Shown: positions 61,701-64,000 of the stretch, piece by piece
How the letters are laid out: the number at the start of each line of letters is the position of its first letter
Numbering within the stretch: the first letter of the stretch is position 1
Assembly: GCF_001447785.1 (NCBI RefSeq)
Contig: NW_015172043.1
Location: 203,996 to 267,995, forward strand
Origin: Gekko japonicus
Lineage: Eukaryota
Reading direction: 5' to 3'
DNA: 64,000 nucleotides
Translations under genes and position numbers: made by a program
Notes under the pieces: generated by a model
What the model saw: only the letters and a program-made list of their open reading frames with translations
Database searches by the model: none
Told to the model about the DNA's origin: nothing

Positions 61701-63813
61701 TGTACCAACTAAAAAGCCAGAATATTTTGAATTGACTAACTATGTAGCTTCTTCTAACCAAACTACACGATGTTTTTCAAAAAGCCCTTAACATACCTTT
61801 GAAAAGAGGTAAAAATTCAAGATTTAATAGAGCTTATTTTTCATCCACAGTTCTGTGCAAAATTCTTTATTTAAGGGCTTAACCCAACATTCAGTTACTG
61901 CTTTTATATTATATATTATTTAAATATATGTATGCTTTTACATATACAATTACTGAGGCATCTAAGTGTAAAGATAAGTAATCTGCCTTTCCAAGATGAA
62001 AGAACACATCTTACAAAAATGAAAACAAATTTGTCCAACAAAGGGAAAGTAAAACGTCATCTTGGTTTTTATAAAAAGCTAAATGCTCCCAGCCATAGAT
62101 CTCTGACATTTCCACTGTAACTACACAAGTGGCAAGTTGCTTTTTCAGTTTAAAATATGTCTTGCCTTTTCTGTAATTAGTATAGCTACAATGCAAACTT
62201 CACGGACACTTTCAGTTGTACATATTCCCTCCTTTAAGTGCATATTCTTATGATGAATCATGAACTTCATGTTCACAAATGGAAGAAAACTGAACGTTTC
62301 TAGTTCGAGAAAATCTAGTAAGATTTTATTCTTGGGAGACATCAGATTTAAGTGAGAAAATGCTTCAGATCAGGGATGCTAGTTTCTGGATCAGAAGATC
62401 ATAAAATATTTCATAGCAAAATGTGTTATGCCTTTCTGATTTTTTTCTCACAGAAAAACATGCCTCAGTTATATTTTGACATCAATCTTTTTCTGTACTG
62501 TTTTATGAAGTAAATTCCAAGATGAAATGTCCTAATTAGCTTGCCAAATATCTAACATATTGCTATAAAAACTGAAAGTTAGCCTAGAAGTTCTGTGTTG
62601 TTGTGCAGCAAAGAGATCAGGTTTTTACACCTACTAGCTATGCAAATATTAGGAATGCTGAGATATGAACTTTAAGTCTAGGCAGAAGGCACCTCAACCA
62701 CTCTTTGGAGAAAGCTTTGAACAGTACTGAGAAAAGGAGAAAAGACTGCACAGAAGCAAGCTATATGTATTTCTTGCTAGCTGGGAGGTCAATACAGTGC
62801 TTGACTTTTCAGAGCTATCAGGAGAAGGAGATTGCCAGAGACAAAAATATCTTCATGAAAATAAAAACTGAATGTTTCTTGATTTTGTTTAATCTTTTTT
62901 TTTTAAACCACAAGGCAACTCTGTAGTAGTACAGCACATCTAAGGGCAGAAAGAAAATCTTCCTTCAGAAGATAGTGAAAATATGATCTGCTCTGATGAA
63001 GCCAAATTAGTCCCCATTTTATATATAACTATCTGAAGTTAGAATATCCCATTTAAGCTCCACTCAGATGAAGTATAAACAGGTTACAGAACACACCACC
63101 TTTTTCCTTTCTTGTTTTGATTATTAGTGAAGGGGGTGGGGAATAATAAGAATGAACTTTATCCTTGTCTATAACGCTACCTATGGCTACAATCTCCACA
63201 GAACAAGAAAACCATAATCTTGAGCTCTTCAAATAGAAACAGGGAACAAGTGGCCTTGGCTTTGTAGGAGAAAGCATTTTCTTCCTTTCAGTTTCTAAAC
63301 AATCTCTTTTTCTGCTCTGCATTCCATGTTACTCAGAGCTGTATGTAATGTTCCTAACTGGTATGTACTGTAGACATTCCTGTGACCTCCCGTTTGCCAA
63401 CAGGATGGGATGGCCTCACTTGCACGATGGATGGAGAAGTCTATTTCAGCTTCCTTTCACAGATCCTCTTTTTCAGATATCAGCCTGAAAGAAGATTTTT
63501 GTGCTGCTGTAGGTTTGACAACTGAACCTTTCTGGCCAACCCTTTCTGAGCCACTCAGAAAGGATAAAGGCTTTGGGAGTTCTTTAGGAGAGATCAAACT
63601 ATGAGTAGTTTTTACATGAACACCTTTCCTCCTTTTCCTTCTCTCTGATCAAGTATTTTTTTCTTTTTCTTCTTCCTCTCACCACAGTGCTTGGGATCAG
63701 AATATGTAAACATTGACAGAAACAGCAGCTCCGTGTCCACTTAAGCACGTTCCCAACTGGTCAGCCTCCATCAGCAAAGCAGAACCACTCTAACTCCCTG
63801 GCTCCTCTGGATC

Positions 63814-63863
63814 TCACTGGGTTTTCCTTTGTAACTTAGTGTCCCCTTTACTTTGGCCTCCAT
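63814..63863 (-). CDS. UBN2: UBN2 (ubinuclein-2) last coding exon
   Basis: tttttcctatttaaactacag|AT GGA GGC CAA AGT AAA GGG GAC ACT AAG TTA CAA AGG AAA ACC CAG TGA, encoding (D)GGQSKGDTKLQRKTQ*. Matches the UBN2 C-terminus and the UBN2-FMC1-LUC7L2 gene order. Confidence 0.88.
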
Positions 63864-64000
63864 CTGTAGTTTAAATAGGAAAAAGAAAACACACAAAAAA
63901 TGGCATTTTAATTATGGTATTACAGTATTTTAACCATACAGGTTATATTCATGAGCTGCACATTGTAGGATACTGAGCGGTATTTCCACCAGGCAGCCTT

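Larger units (their letters stand above)
54380..63813 (-). other. UBN2: Putative ~9.4-kb UBN2 3' UTR
   Basis: Follows the UBN2 stop. AT-rich and free of recognisable interspersed repeats. Ends at TGTA..AATAAA (54402-54397) shortly before the repeat-rich block. Confidence 0.6.

Overview
Vertebrate genomic DNA from a squamate reptile, probably a gecko: Sauria/Squam SINEs, 5S-derived SINEs, and BovB, CR1, L1, L2 and Vingi LINEs. Gene order on the minus strand, right to left: last coding exon and ~9.4 kb 3' UTR of UBN2, tRNA-Arg(CCT), FMC1 (2 exons, 113 aa), LUC7L2 (10 coding exons, 400 aa), and exon 1 of POLDIP3. A complete U12 snRNA gene on the + strand sits head-to-head with POLDIP3 and has DSE and PSE promoter elements. 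The most notable observations are: (1) a 71-nt frameshifting poison exon in LUC7L2 intron 1 with an intron-side-strong donor, suggesting autoregulation; (2) a 200-bp-arm Penelope hairpin next to LUC7L2 exon 3 whose hammerhead ribozyme carries the same core mutation in both arms; (3) a ~115-bp-arm fold-back in the UBN2 3' UTR that matches no transposon I recognise; (4) an ORF1-only polyadenylated L1; (5) direct adjacency of POLDIP3/RNU12 and LUC7L2, which are on different chromosomes in human. I found no convincing wholly new biological system. Gene and repeat names come from recognising the sequences, not from database searches. Repeat boundaries without TSDs are approximate.
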